64,000 nucleotides of DNA from Chrysomallon squamiferum (GCA_012295275.1 CM022666.1:5456001-5520000); one strand, 5' to 3'. Shown: positions 1 to 15,284, numbered from the stretch's first letter. Made by a program: numbers and translations. The notes: generated from the sequence alone by a model not told the origin.

Positions 1-289
1 AAAATAATAGTGGCGCCGGCATTCATGTAAGCAGTCAACAAAAAAATGCTATAAATTGATTGTTCATTATAAAAATTGTACATCATTTTCCTTACCGAAA
101 CAGAAAATTAAGTTTCCGAGAAACTGGGTTTTTTCCGATGACGCGGTGTACTTCAAATCACATTTTGATTGGTCGCGATTGTAAGAAAAAAAGAAAAAAA
201 AAGTTACATAGTGTTCACAAATAAACTTCGTGCATTTATTACTTGTTTTTATTGTTGTACTTCTCGTTATTATTAATATTACGATTGCT

Positions 290-376
<87 letters not shown>

Positions 377-661
377 CCGGTGAAAGTAAATTATAAAAAC
401 AGATTATTAAAATTTAAACAAATATAACAAAAAATATTACTTCTATTAGTGTCTTAAAGGTTATTAAACACACTCAGTTGTGTACAAATATAATTTGCGT
501 TCTCACATCAACACAACTCAGACAAAAGCACTAACAATTATAAAATTATATTTGATAAAACCTTTTCTCATAATTGGTTAAATTCTTTCTTTTTCTACCT
601 TCTTTTTTTTTCTTCTCTATTTTTTCTTTCTATTATTCCATCATCTCTATTTTTCATGTCT

Positions 662-751
<90 letters not shown>

Positions 752-2059
752 GTTGATTCAGTGGCTGGAAAAAAAGTAACAATTTTTAGATAACAAAATG
801 TATGGATTTATAGAGTATTAAAAACATAAAAAACAACAACACACAAACAAACAAAAACCAAAAAAAAAAAAAAAAAAAACAATAATAACGAAAAAACAAT
901 ACAATACAAGCAAGTCACTCACACACACAAACGCACGCACACGCACGCACACACACAAACGCACACTAATCTATTAAATTTGTTTCGCTTTGTTCAGTTT
1001 GCCGTGAGTTGTTTTTATGACAGAAACTAGACTACGTCAAGTACATGTGATGTACGTGCAAGAACAGAAACAAAGAAAGGAAAACTTAACAACTGACTAT
1101 TAACTAGTCACTATTCAATAGTCTAACCCTAAATAAATTATAAAGAATTTAATCCAGAACATCTACATTATCTAATTTCAAATGTCCTAATACACTCCAG
1201 CTATGCACTACAGTATATATCTACACAAGATCCACGAAGGAGCACAGTTATAAAAATTGGATTATTCCCTGACAGAAAAAAAAACCTATTTATTTGTATT
1301 CGTTTATGTTTATAATCGTTTCAGTTGTTGAACGTGTTTATTTGGACTAGAGATGACAGTGATCGCGTTATTGAAGCAGGTTGTGAAATAAGAGATTGGG
1401 ACAAACACACGTTAGGTAACTCGAGAACTCGTGGCCCTGCATTCTGTATTACTAGGAAACATTTAGTAAACAGCTATTTATAAACACTGCTCAGGTAGAA
1501 ACTACTTTTAAAGATAACGAGTGTACTGGGGATTTTAAAAGTTTTCCAGTGAGCTACCATTTTGTTATTGTCCGGGTTTTTAGACAGCAAATCAAACAGT
1601 CAAGGACGACTGCACAACTATTAAAACTGAATCATGATATTTGTCTGTCTGTCTGCATGTATGTAGGTGTGTGTGTAATTATATATATGTGAGTGTGTGT
1701 ATGATTACGTAGAAATAGTAGCAGCAAAAGTAATAATGACGATGATGATCGTGATAATGAAATTTTATAATTATCATAAGATTTATGATTCTGAAGTGCA
1801 TATACATTGCGTATTCACTGTACAAAGAAAAGCCACTATGCATGGAGTATTCATTATCATTTAACATTAATTATATTTACAACATCCACAGATGTACATG
1901 TTTAGAATACAAAGAAAATCCTTTTTGAGTGGAACATCCACTTAACTTGTATTATTCCTTATAAACCAATCAGTGAACATTTAACTTTCATCAGTCAATT
2001 TATATAGAAAATCAGTAATATGTAAATATTTATTCACTGCATACATCACACATTTATTT

Positions 2060-2550
2060 TACATAGAACATCTCTAGAACATATTCACTGTTTGTAGTAC
2101 ATCCACTGTACAGATTTACTGAACACAGACACTCAATAGTACACACATTACATATTCACTGTACAAAGAAAAGCCACTATGCATGGAGTATTCATTGTCA
2201 TTTAACATTAATTATATTTACAACATCCACAGATGTACATGTTTAGAACATCAACTGAACAAAAACATCTTTTCACACAGAACATCTACAGCAGAACATC
2301 CATTGTGTACAGAACATCTACCATACAAGAACATTCACTGTACACTGAACATCTACTGTACTTGAGCATCCAGTCTATACAGAACATCTGTACAAGATCA
2401 TTTTTTTACACAGGACATAGACTGTAGAACAGTCACTGTATACAGAGCATCTACTGCAGAACAACGCCTACTGTACTTAGAACATTAGAGCATCTACTGC
2501 ACGAAGAATATCCAGTGTACAAGAACATCCATTGTACATAGAACATATAT
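2060..2550. repeat. Degenerate about 20-bp tandem repeat (AGAACATCYACTGTAC); inverted copies at 29900-30440 and 45430-45920
   Basis: Recurrent motif visible throughout. Confidence 0.8.
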
Positions 2551-2598
2551 TGTATAATGTGAGAAAAAACCTAAAATAAACTCACAGATAACATTTAC

Positions 2599-2733
2599 CA
2601 TATCATAATGCAGACCCAGTCTGTTGAAACTTTGCTTGGTTAGTACAACCTCTGACACGTGTACACCGCCATAAACAAGGAGACACACAACTACAGTGAC
2701 AACAGCATTTGGGATACAAAGTGTTTAGACTAC
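2599..2733 (-). pseudogene. Exon C copy with TAA at codon 3
   Basis: Reverse complement of 25291-25425; a partial second copy lies at about 3180-3245. Confidence 0.6.
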
Positions 2734-3112
2734 CTGGATGAAAAATAAAGTTAGAAGAAAATATTAACTGCCCAAAAATTTCATCAACAACAATAATTAC
2801 AATAACGATAGCCATAAATAACAACAGCAATAACAATAATAGTACAAATAATTCTAATAATGGTATTACATTAACAACAACAAAAACAATACTAATAAAT
2901 ATAATAATAATAATGATATTATATTAACAACAACAAGCATTTTTTGAGATGAAGGTCCTTGAGTATGAAAGAGTTGTCTTCCTTAGTATATATATTCTCA
3001 ACAAGCTTACACTAATACTCACGTATTAATAGACACGAATATATAACCATGGATACACATATCAGACAGAAACATATATATACTCTTAAACACATACATA
3101 TATACATACATA

Positions 3113-3180
<68 letters not shown>

Positions 3181-5249
3181 TAAACAAGGAGACACACAAC
3201 TACAGTGACAACAGCATTTGATATAAAAAGTGTTTAGACTACCTGGATGAAAAATAAAACTGAAACAAAATATTAACTGTGTGATAATCAGATAAATGAC
3301 TGTAATATATTTAATTTTCCATTGATTTATTAAAAAGTTATTTTTCTTGTACTGTTTATTTATTTCATATAAAAATAAACATATATATATATATGCATAT
3401 CAATTATTCCTAGCTTTTTTCAAAACAGAGTAGCCTGCATTGTTTTTCGGTGTAGAATTTTATCTTACGATATATGTCTATCTGGTCTTTAACAGTAAAT
3501 GTGGGGTTATATAACGGTTGATTAAAAATGTACTTAGTGATGTCGTTAAAGTCAACGATCACTCCATCGCATAATATTTACTACACTAGGACCAGCCAAG
3601 CGAATCATGTAACCAATAACTTATTTTTGACAGCAGTGTGTAAATTTCATTCTACGTTGGTGATATTTCCATCTCATATAAACGTAAATACAACGTTCTT
3701 GACACTTCAGAGATAATAAAAACTGAAATTATTAAAACAATTCTTATTTAAAAAGCAGAGAACAACGTCTGATGAAATGCATGATTATATATATAAATTA
3801 TGTTAATTAATAACTTCCTGTCACTTTTCCGCGCATGCCTCTTTACAAATAGTTGCAGATGTAGGATTAGTTTTGGGACAGCTTTTGTTCTTGGAGTGGA
3901 CATGACTATGATGATATGTAAGGCGGATTGCCAGAAATATGAATACAGAAATATTGCAAAACAAAAAGTTGTCGCGTTACCTTCTTCTTATTTCCCTAAC
4001 TTTAAAATGCCCCAAATACTACTCCTTATGGGTTTGCTCAGACAGCCTGAAAACGGAACCATTTTCGTTGGCTACGCTATATTGGCTAAAACAGGGCGTT
4101 GAATCGGGGCTAAATATTAGTGAAACAAACCAGTTTTTCATACATTTTATTTACGGTTTGGACATAATTTTCAATAAATGCGCATGCGTATTAGCAAGCG
4201 TTAGGACGCGCAATAGTGTATAGTGTTTTTAATATCATTTACTATCATACTGTGCGCGCGCACACACACATATACTCTTATACATTTTTTTAACTTTAAT
4301 TTTAATCATTGTTTTTTTGAATATTTATTTATTTTTTACCATTGTTTTTAACTAATTATACATTTGCCTTTTTTTTATTTTTTTTTTCTTGTTTTTTTTT
4401 ATGTTTTACAAGCTTTATTTATTACTGATTATGAAGTAAAATTTATAGCCTGGATGGAAAGCTCAGTTCTAGAAGAATGTTATTTATTATTTCTCAGAAA
4501 CCTTAATCTTAAGAAACACACTCATACACACACATTTATAAATCAGTTTTATGAATGGGTGCACGCACTGTCTTGTGAATGGCGTTCGTGACCTAGTTAC
4601 TGCTTTGTTAATGAACAGACCTGAAAAATAATAATAATAAAAATTGAAAAATGTATCGGTGTTCATATTCATTTTCAACAACAATAACAACAACAACCAC
4701 AACAGCAGATCTATTTATTTATATCAATAATAGTGCATTCAAACTTTCTAAATCCGTCTATTAATAATTCGGTTGATAACTTTACCTAGTGACCTGACAA
4801 CTTATTTATAGCTTGGGTGGAAAACCCAGTGTGTTGTAAAAATATTTTGTAATTTTGTAATAGCAAGCAAGTAACACAAAACTATCTATTACTTGTTAGT
4901 ATTCATGACTCACGGGATTCAGTGATACAAATCTGTCCTGGGCAAACTGCGTGGCTTTGTGCACTGCAATACAATAATAATGCCTCATAGTACAGTAATA
5001 ATGTCTCATAGTACAGTAATAATGTCTCATAGTACAGCAGTACTGATTGAATGAGGCTTCCTGTGCTTCGTTGTTAATTACTCTTATTCAGTTCATGTAT
5101 CGCCAGCAATTGTATAATCATTTTAAACCATATTCCAATAGCATAACTAATTAGTCATGGAAAAAATATAAAAATAAATTTAAACACGTTAGATATACCA
5201 GCATCACAATTCACAAAAAAACACAAATTATTATTACTATTACTATTAC

Positions 5250-5325
<76 letters not shown>

Positions 5326-5491
5326 ATGCCCCTACTTAAGACAATAAAGAAAGATTCAAGTATGTCTAATATAAATGTTTCAGGTTAATGTTAAAATAAA
5401 AGGTTCCTTTTATATATACAAGTCCATAGGTACAGTGGGCGTACAGAAAATTATATATGAACAGTTATACTTAAGGCCTCTCGTAACAATT

Positions 5492-6291
5492 TTACAGCAT
5501 ATACAGGCCAAAGTAGGTGGTCTCTGGATCTCTCAAAATTCTGTTCACAACTGATGTTCTCACCACTGCAGTGTCATTGGCTTTCAGGTAGTAAACAGCT
5601 CCAATGTAGGAAGGAACAAAACCTTCCTGATATCCTCGTACTTTGCATGTTGTTTGAGGATTTCTGTAGAGAACTTCATAATTTGGATATTTTTCAATTG
5701 AGTGACACAGCCTAGCGTATTCAAGCTCTCTGAGTTGGTTGGGATGGAATAAAACGTTGCTGTATATGAAGTAGTAAGCAGCTTCTTTGACTTGAATCCC
5801 GTCAGCGACAACAGCTGCAGCTCCTTTCACAAACGATCTTTTACCAGACGATGTCCATTTGATGAGAGGCTTCGGTGCGTCTGAAAAGTTTGTAAGAATA
5901 AATGACTTTTAAATAATATTTTTATTTTAAATTGTCAACAGTTGTAGTTAATATTACTAATATATTTCTATAACTACTACAAACACCTGCTATTGATTAC
6001 TTTAGTACCATCATTGATATTTGTACTACTAACGCGCTAATACTAATGTTATCACAATTTCTTCTATTATTTCCTAACCACTACTAATAACTATGTGATT
6101 ACTACTACAACTACTTTTACCAGACCAACTACTACTATTACTTCTATTTTACTACTATCACATTTATTACCAAATCACCTCTTTTAACAGACTACAATTA
6201 CTCTGCTACTACTACTCTACTACTACTACTACTACTACACTACTACTACTACTACTACTCCTACTACACTACTCCTACTACTAATACTACT

Positions 6292-6324
<33 letters not shown>

Positions 6325-7799
6325 TACTACTACTACTACTACTACTACTACTCTACTACTACTACTACTACTACTATACTACTACTAGTACTCTACTACT
6401 ACACTACTACCACTACTACTACTACTACTCTACTACTACCCTCCTCCTCCTACTACTACTACTACTACTCTACTACTACTACTACTACTCTACTACTACA
6501 CTACTACTACTACTACTCTTTTACTATTACTACTACTTTACTACTACTACTACTCTACTACTACTCTACTACTACTACTACTACTCTACTACTACTACTA
6601 CTACTCTACTACTACTCTACTACTACTACTACTCTTTTACTATTACTACTACTTTACTACTACTACTACTACTACTGCTACCACTGCTACTACTATTTGT
6701 GTTCTTACCTTTGTCATATGTTGCATTCACTTCCATCTGTAGATGAGCCGATGTCTTCGCATTGTTTTTATTATTCAGACGATCAGCGACCTCTCTGATC
6801 TGTTTAAGTTTCTGTTCTGAAATATATATACACACAGACACACGTAGATTACTGATACATGTATACATATATAGATTCAAACATACATACATAGATTCGT
6901 ACAGAGTTTTTATTATCTAAATTCAAAAGATCAGCGACATCTCTGATCTGCTTAAGTTTTGGTTCTGAAACACACACACATACATATAAATATACACTTG
7001 TAAATGTTTACGTACATAGACTGTACACAAATATGCACGTACATACAAATACATAATTATAAAAACTTTTGTGGATATTTAAATATGTGTGCCTCAGTTT
7101 TTCTGTTTGTGTGTGGGTCTTTTTCTGTGTGTTTGTCTGTCTGTGTTTGTGTATGTATGTGTTCATGACTTTTCTTGTGTGTGTCTGTGTTTCTGCGCCT
7201 TTGTGGTTTTACGTATGTCTGAGAGTGTGTGTGTGTGTCTGTATTAACTTACCACTTTTCTCAGCTTTTGTATGACTTTCACTCAGTTTCTAAAAAGAAA
7301 AACCAATTTGAAACTAGTCCACAATAATTAAATTCAAATTTATAAATATTTTTTTAGCACTATTAATTTCTCCTTTTCATAATTCAAATATTATTATTTC
7401 ATTTATAAAGAATTTAACTTTTTATTATTTTTATAGAGAATTACACTCTTTCTTAATTCATATCTACAGATATCAATATCTTTTTTCATTTAATGTATTT
7501 ATGGAATATAATTTTTTAGAATTAAATACAGAATTTACCTTTTTCATAATTTCACTGATCACTTTTTCTCCATCTCTGTAACAGCAATACATGGTATTGT
7601 TCCTGGTTCTGTTCGTAGATTTGTCATCACAACAGTTTTCTCCTGGTTTGCACGAGATTTTCACACACAGTTCCTTCTCAAACAACAAGTTGGTTTCTCT
7701 GTTCAGAAATTCTTTTAATGTTACAGATACAATGAAACTGATGAGTATCAAGTTTAGTACCATAAGAGAAATGGCAAGGACTGGACGAATTGGTACCAT
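5492..7799 (-). CDS. TNF superfamily ligand, copy 1 (264 aa, type II membrane)
   Basis: Exons 7799-7539, 7289-7253, 6816-6709, 5880-5492 with GT/AG sites and matching phases (0,1,1). N-terminal hydrophobic stretch; THD motifs SAHL, LIKW, YYFIYSNVLF, SYIGAVYYLKAND, TYFGLYML. Confidence 0.92.
6205..6695. repeat. Imperfect (TAC)n expansion in the last TNF intron
   Basis: About 490 bp here versus about 100-130 bp in copies 2-4. Confidence 0.95.
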
Positions 7800-8099
7800 T
7801 TTGTGTAACAACTTTTATTTCCTTGAGAAGTATTCTGTAAAACATGAACAAAAGAAAAAATCAGTAATAAATAATAACAATAAAATACACACATACGCAC
7901 ACGTACACAATATACATACACTTATATATAACATTATTTCAGCAAAAAAGTAATATGCACATGCACATACACACAGATATAAAACTTTCACTTATTTCAT
8001 ATATATATTTATATAAAATTATAAATTCACTTTGCTGTTTAGGATTTTTCATAATTTTATATAAATATATATAACCTATGAAATAAGTGAAATTATAAT

Positions 8100-8225
8100 T
8101 TATATACGTTTAATGTTAGATACAATGAAACTGATGAGTATCAAGTTTAGCACCATAAGAGAAATGGCAATGACTGGACGAATTGGTACCATTTTGTGTA
8201 ACAACTTAATTCCTGTAGAAATAGT
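8100..8225 (-). pseudogene. Truncated duplicate of TNF coding exon 1 (acceptor + ATG + TM only)
   Basis: MVPIRPVIAISLMVLNLILISFIVSNIKRI*, ATG at 8192; runs into the 44-bp repeat. Confidence 0.8.
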
Positions 8226-9484
8226 CTGTAAAACATGACGAAAAGAAAGAAAAAATGTTATTAGTAATAAATAATACCAAGCTAAATACACACACCCGCA
8301 CACGTACACAGACACAACACACACACACCTATATAAAATATTATTTCAGCAAACCAAAAATATACACTTGTACATACAGATAAATATAAAACTTTCAAAC
8401 AGTGGTTATATCAATAAATAAAATAAAAATTACCAAGACAAATTCACACACAATATACATACGTACATATAAGTGCAATAAATATCCAGTCAAGTGGGTG
8501 TATTTTGATCAGGTGACTGACCAAGGCCATGATGGCTTATTTGCAGTTTCTACCGCCAAACCATCTTATTTTTCCAAGAATTTAGAAAACAGTTTCGGAT
8601 CCATAGATTTTGAAGATTTAATTAAATCACTAAAATGTGTTTTTATTCTGAAAAATTCAAAAACAAACAACAGCACTCGGTGAACTCGGGTAGGGCTTAA
8701 TAGCGGAAAGTTCGATGTTCTCGTAAACCCAGCGGAGATCAGATTTGAGAAGCAGGAAGGAAAATACCTTGACTAAAGTACTGTCAAAGTTTGAATAACA
8801 CATTTAATCACCTTCGTAGATAGATCGTCTGGTTCTTGAAACACTTCTGTAAACATTTTTGCTCCGATCAAAAAAAACAAAAACAGCTGAGGTAATGTTC
8901 TCTTTATCCGTTCCTAAAACCTTAGCTAGTTGGTTTAGCGCAAAGGCAGAACAAATCTGTCAAAGCTTGCCAGGTTCTCATTCTACACATCCGCTCTGTT
9001 TGCTGATATTGTATCATCCTCGAAAGATCACGTCCAGGGCTGGTTTCCTCTCAGTGCCAGAAATTCAAACTACCGTGAACGTTATTGTTTATAGATCGCA
9101 ACGTGAATCTGATAACTCAGTTTTCCTGCTTTATAACAACAGACCTGTTACATTAAGGTGCCAGTGGCAAGACTTGCCCGTGCATTTTGCAGATTTTTTC
9201 GAGATACCAGGCAAATAAATGAGTGCTGTATTTTCTGTGGCTGTTATTATTCTTACCTGTCAACGCATGTGTTAGATACTTATCGACCTTACCGCGATGT
9301 TTTGTTTTTTCAAGTTGATGTAATATCACTTAATATTATGCAAGTGAAATTAGGGCGTGGAAAAATCCTAAACAGCAAAGTGAAATTATAATTTTATATA
9401 AATATATATAACGTATGAAATAAGTGAAAATATAATTTTATATAAATATATATAACCTATAAAATAAGTAAAACTTTTACTTAC

Positions 9485-9600
9485 CTAAATTAGGATGCCT
9501 CTGTGTTCACAATGGATTGAAGCACGTCTACGCCCTATGATCGATTTCCTTGATTTTTATACCAGCGACATATTCTCACGTAATCATTTTTGATTGGCTA
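9485..9600 (-). promoter_or_regulatory. Promoter and non-coding exon 1 of TNF copy 1
   Basis: CCAAT (9597-9593), TATAAAAA (9561-9554), donor AG|GTAAGT after 9485. Acceptor at 7834 lies upstream of the ATG. Same layout in all four copies. Confidence 0.6.
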
Positions 9601-10849
9601 AGAGGAAAGGTCGTCTGCTTTATTTAAATTTATTGCTTAATGTTTTTTCTTCTGTGGGTATTTAATTTATCGCTATAGATTTCGTATAGTCATTTAATAT
9701 ACTATGAATAATATGAGCAAAGTCATTATATGTATTTTTTTTTTGTGCTGTTCAATAAATAAGCTACTTATAATAGTCGTTATTGCTATAATAGTAGTAG
9801 TAATAGCAGTAGTTGTTGTTGTAGTTGTGGTAGTAATAGTAGTAGTTGTTGTTCCGGTTGCTTTTGTCGTTATTCTTAAATAAAGAGTACAGCGTAATTT
9901 CTAGTCCTGTGTCAACTAAGCCATAAACAACAAAAGGAAAACATGTAGTCTGTGTATCACACAGTGGAAAGTTCCAGCCCGGATTTGTCATCTTACACGT
10001 AATCGGAATAAATAAGTGTAGTCATCCATTTATTATTACAGGGCCAGGAATATAAAATGTCTCAGAAATATCTCCCAGTGACAGAAGAATCTTCTGTTTG
10101 TAAATGTCACTTGTAGCATGACTGTTTATTCAGTCTGCCGAATAAAAAAATAAAGAAATAAATAAAGAAAAAAATAAATGAGCGAAATAAAGTAAAATAA
10201 AATAAAAACAAAAATAAAATAAAAACAAAACAATTGAAAATAATGTTTTGAGATAAAATAAATAAGAATACAAAATTGCAAAAAATAAAGTAAAATAAAT
10301 AAATAAATAAAGTAAAATATGCCGAATTAAAATTTTAAAAATCAAATCAAATAAAAATAAAAATGTGATAAAAATAAAATAAAAATACAAAATGATAAAA
10401 GTAAAGTAAAATAAATAAATACAGAAAGATATATTAATATAACTTAATTAATTAAAACAATAAAATAAATGAAATAAAATTGTAGTAGGTTAAAATAAAA
10501 TAAATAAAGATAGTATAAATAAAAATAAAAATAAGCAATCAAACAAAGCATAAATAAATAATTAAAAAGAAGAAAAGAAAAGGGAAACGATATATTCTGT
10601 GTGTCACATGGTGGACATTTATACATAATCGGGATAAATATCTGAAGTCATCCATTTATTACTACAGGGCCAGGAATATGAAATGTCTCAGAAATATCTG
10701 CCTGTGACAGAAGAATCTTCCACTTGTAAACGTTACTTGTATCATGACTGTTGATTCAGTGGCTGGAAAAAAAGTAACAATTTTTGTATAACAAAATGTA
10801 TGTATTTATAGAGTATTGAATGTGGCATCATAGTCTACATGGGGTAATT

Positions 10850-11275
10850 GTTAAGCTTACTGATTAGGTCAATTAAGGTTAGATTAAAGAAAGAGGTTTC
10901 ATACTGTGCAGGGGTGGTGACTTGTTACACTTATTAATTAGGCAGGATTAAAGAAAGAGTCTTCATATTGTGCAGGGGTGATGCTTGGATCCAGCTTACT
11001 GATTAGGATAGATTTAAACTAAGGGTTTCCTATTGTAAATGATTCATAAAATGTTCCATGTTAAAATGTGTTTGACTATATATTCTCCAGCTTGCTCTAA
11101 TATCAGAAGTATGTTTAATATGGAAGTTATTCATAGCAATAAGGGTGATATCAAAATCTGTTATGAAGGGTTCGTGTATGCTGCGACAGAATTTCTTCGT
11201 GATATCGAGTGGAACATCAGACTAAACCATCAACACTGAAATCAAAGAACATTAACAAAATGTGTTTAATGTATC
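10850..11275 (+). mobile_element. Internally deleted FLYWCH/MULE-type DNA transposon relic
   Basis: 11120-11239 MEVIHSNKGDIKICYEGFVY (FLYWCH-like start) joined to EFLRDIEWNIRL (MULE-like C-terminus); preceded by about 70-bp direct repeats. Confidence 0.5.
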
Positions 11276-11649
11276 CTTCATTGCTAATGTATTTCATAAT
11301 TAAAAATTGTAACTAGTTATGTATATGTTTGCTCTTCTGTATTAAACCCGTATGTGATTGTTGTGATCGATTACAATTATTCTATCCATCTATATTATTG
11401 TTTACTGCTATACTGATTACAGTTTTAACGGTGTCTTGTGTTTGTTGTGTTCTAGTGTACAATAAAGGGTGTATACATATATATGCTTTCTTATTAGATT
11501 TTGCATGTGTTCATACTTTTGTTTAATAGATATTACCACTGAAGGGTTTCTTTTTTATGTTTGTCAGGCTTTGAATACTCACAGATAATTTTAGCCTATT
11601 ATTCTTTAGTACGAAGACACAAAAGAGGGCATTTTGTTGGCTACCTACT

Positions 11650-11849
11650 NNNNNNNNNNNNNNNNNNNNNNNNNNNNNNNNNNNNNNNNNNNNNNNNNNN
11701 NNNNNNNNNNNNNNNNNNNNNNNNNNNNNNNNNNNNNNNNNNNNNNNNNNNNNNNNNNNNNNNNNNNNNNNNNNNNNNNNNNNNNNNNNNNNNNNNNNNN
11801 NNNNNNNNNNNNNNNNNNNNNNNNNNNNNNNNNNNNNNNNNNNNNNNNN
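11650..11849. other. Assembly gap (200 N)
   Basis: Run of N. Confidence 1.
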
Positions 11850-12492
11850 CTAATAGTATGTGACTTATTTGTATTGTTTGTTTTTGTTTATTATTGTTGT
11901 TTTTGTTTTTAATAATTGTTATTGCCTTTTTCCCCATCTGAATGCCAACAGCAATGTTAATATTATGTAAGAACTACAACAACAACCAACAATAAATGCA
12001 CGTAGTTTATTTGTGAACATTATTGCAACTTTTAATTATTAATTTTGTTTATTTTCATTCTAAGCATGTTATCCTCTCATTAGGCTTTATTTTCTCACAG
12101 CCAATCAAAATGTAATTTGAAGTACAACGTCATCGGAAAAAACCAGTTTATGAAACTTAATTTTGTGTTTGTTTCAATTCAGTATTATTATCTTCTAAAG
12201 TGCAATGTCTAACACATAATATAAAATCATTCCGTAAACGAAAAGGCAGTAAAGCAATACATATTTTCGCAGGATATGTCATTATTTTCCTATAGTCTTA
12301 TTTTAACTGTTCGAACGAATATTCTGTTGTTTGTGTTGTATCTGTTGCGTGCGCGTGTGTGTGGTTTTATTTATTATTTTACTTTTATTTTATTTTTTGA
12401 AAGAATGTTATTTATCTGTGCATCTTTATCTCAGTATTACTGATTACTAATAACATTTGTATCCTGTTTGGCACAGACTGCATCTAAAGGAA

Positions 12493-12852
12493 ATGAAGTC
12501 AGTTCGTCCGATCATCGCCATTTCTTTTATGGTAGTAAACTTGATACTCATCAGTTTCATAAATACATTAAATGCAACAACAACTACAACTACAAAAAAA
12601 AAAAAATGTTTTATGTAGAAATGGGTAAATTCTATATCAAAATATGATATAGTAAAGTTCATTATAAATGAAATTGACAAGAAAGATCCATAAACGTTTA
12701 ATAATATAATATTTGTATTATGAATAGGAGAAATTCATTGTGCTGAAACATATTTATAAATTTAAAACTGATTATTATGGACGAATTTCAAAGCGGTTAT
12801 TAACATTCTTTTTAGAAACTGGGTGAAAGTCACACAAAAGCTGAGAAAAGTG
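12493..12852 (+). pseudogene. TNF relic: TM half of coding exon 1 plus coding exon 2
   Basis: MKSVRPIIAISFMVVNLILISF fused to intron sequence (Cys-rich half deleted). Exon 12816-12852 KLGESHTKAEKS with AG/GT. No THD exons follow. Confidence 0.8.
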
Positions 12853-13296
12853 GTAAGTTTACAGACCCATACACAAGCACAATCATAAACGTACAAATAT
12901 GCATTCATAAAACCCATGTTTAATTTCCACTACTCTTTCTGGAATCGTTGTCAAAGTATCTTTTTAGGAAGACTCATTTCAACAAGAATGGTCAACTGGA
13001 CGTTGAGATACATTGTCATTAGAATGTAAATGTTACATTTTTATAAGAATTTGCGAATTTGAGAAGTTTGTTGCTAGGAAACCGCTTGTCTGATCATGTT
13101 TATATCAACATTTTGTCACTGTCTGAACTGATGGTGCCAGTAGTTGTTCAGTCGCAGTAAACAGTGTAATGTTTCAACATGTTTTTGGGAGATATTTCTG
13201 ACACATTTTTGATACCTGGCCCTGTAATAATAAGTGGAAGATTACAGTTATTTATTCCGAATACGTGTAAGGTAACAAATCCGGGCTGGAACAAAA

Positions 13297-13351
<55 letters not shown>

Positions 13352-13504
13352 AATTAAAATAAAGCAAAATAAAATTTTGTTTTAGAAAATGGTTAAAAAA
13401 TAAAACAAATATTTTGACGTGTGATCTACGCGATGCAGTGATCTACACTGATCAAATTATACTCGCTTATTTTAGTTATTATTTTGTTTATTCTTGGTTT
13501 TGTA

Positions 13505-13705
13505 TTGCCTCGGTTTAACGATGTAATTGGTTCCAAATTTCCGACCGTTAAGTGAGGTATCGTTAAGCGGGAGACTAATTTACACAGAACTGATGTTAAT
13601 AACAGTGGTTCTCGCTGATGAGATTTGACTTAAAACATTTTTTTTTTTTTTATAAGGAGAAATAAATAATTTTAAAAAGAAAAGATCGTTAAAGCGGGAT
13701 GCACC
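13505..13705. mobile_element. Possible pogo/Tigger-like MITE remnant
   Basis: CCTCGGTTTAACG start with inverted, repeated CGTTAA(A)GCGGG motifs; ends eroded. Confidence 0.3.
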
Positions 13706-14059
13706 TAGCTAAACATTAAAAAAAAAGACAAAAGGGTATCGGTGTTCATTTTAATTTTCAACAACAGTAACAACAACAACAACAAAACATTTATTTATCT
13801 ATAATAATAATAATAATGTATTCAAACTTTGTGAATCCGTTTATTAGTAATCTGGTGACGTAACATCTATTTATAGCCCATTTGCCGAATAAAATGAGTA
13901 TTTATTACACCTCTGAAATCTTCAAGGGAGGTAAAAAGAAGCCAATAACATAGTGTTAATATGCTGTTATTCAAAATACTGGCAACTATTCAAAGAATCC
14001 GATTACAGTGTCAAAAATATTTTAAATAATATGTATGTATGTGTGTCTTGGTATGGATC

Positions 14060-14118
<59 letters not shown>

Positions 14119-14183
14119 ATAACTAACTAGCAACAACAACAATAATAATAATAAATAAACGGATAAATAAATAAATAAATAAA

Positions 14184-14249
<66 letters not shown>

Positions 14250-14839
14250 TAATAAATAAATAAAAACAGTAGTATTATAATGGTTTTAAGGGTAAGGTGG
14301 TGATAATAATAAACATTTTTATTTAATTTTACAATTTTTATATATTTATAGAATGTAATGCATGTGTATGTGTATATACAGTGTCACAGATTTTCAGCTA
14401 GTCAACACCTCCAATGTAGGAAGCAACAAAACTTTCTTGGTGTCTTCGTACTAAAGAATAACATGCTACAATCATCTGTGAGTATTCAAAGCCTGACAAA
14501 CATGAAAAAAATCCTTTCACTGGTAATGTCTATTAAACAAAAGTATGAACACATGCAAAATCTAATAAGAAAGCATATATATATTCCTCTGGAATTGTTC
14601 CATAGTTCTTTCCTAACAAAAAAAAAAAAATATCTCCGTACTTTTATGAAAAGGGACTCAGCTTATTTGTCAACGTGTTCCCGATCTTGCAGTTTGACGT
14701 CTGTTGCCAGATCTTTCTGGTAAACAATAGTCCGTTACACCTACCACTCAGCACATGATAATTATTCACGAAAAGAAATCACACATTTTAATTAAAAAAT
14801 ATATCAGCAGTGAAAGATAGATTAAACACATTTTGTCAG

Positions 14840-15230
14840 AGTATTTTGTTAATGTTCTTTGATTTTAATGTTGATGGTTTAGGCTGATGTTCCACTCGAT
14901 ATCACGAAGAAATTCTGCTGCAGCATACACGAACCCTTCATAACAGATTTTGATATCACCCTTATTGCTATGAATAACTTCCATATTAAACATACTTCTG
15001 ATACTAGAGCAACCTGGAGAATATATAGTGAAACACATTTTATAAATGGAACATTTTATAAATCATTTACAATAGGAAGCTCTTAGTTTAAATCTATCCT
15101 AATCAGTAAGCTGGACAGAAGCATCACCCCTGCACAATATGAAGACTCTTTCTTTAATCCTGTCTAATTAATAAGTGTAACAAGTCACCACCCCTGCACA
15201 GTATGAAACCTCTCTCTTTAATCTAACCCG
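14840..15230 (-). mobile_element. Inverted copy of the FLYWCH/MULE relic
   Basis: Reverse complement of 10875-11275. Confidence 0.5.
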
Positions 15231-15284
15231 TTTATTCCCGATTCGGCCAGTGAGATTTTTTTATTTATTTATTTTTTTATTTTT

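Noticed and set aside
230-756. ORFs rich in SL, ER, Y, I or N runs here and throughout the window
   Set aside because: They are translations of microsatellites.
3800-4223. 100-aa ORF conserved at 53054-53356 (partial at 21.6 and 38.7 kb)
   Set aside because: Conservation is explained by recent segmental duplication; the other copies are truncated or rearranged; no recognisable domain.
7591-7953. Antisense ORFs over TNF and transposase exons
   Set aside because: Shadow frames of real coding sequence.
8730-9270. GC-richer, coding-like segment in intron 1 of copy 1 (119-aa ORF), absent in copies 3/4
   Set aside because: No recognisable motif or termini; probably an old TE relic but cannot be supported.
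14358-14723. 121-aa ORF
   Set aside because: No motif or splice support; includes a poly-A run.
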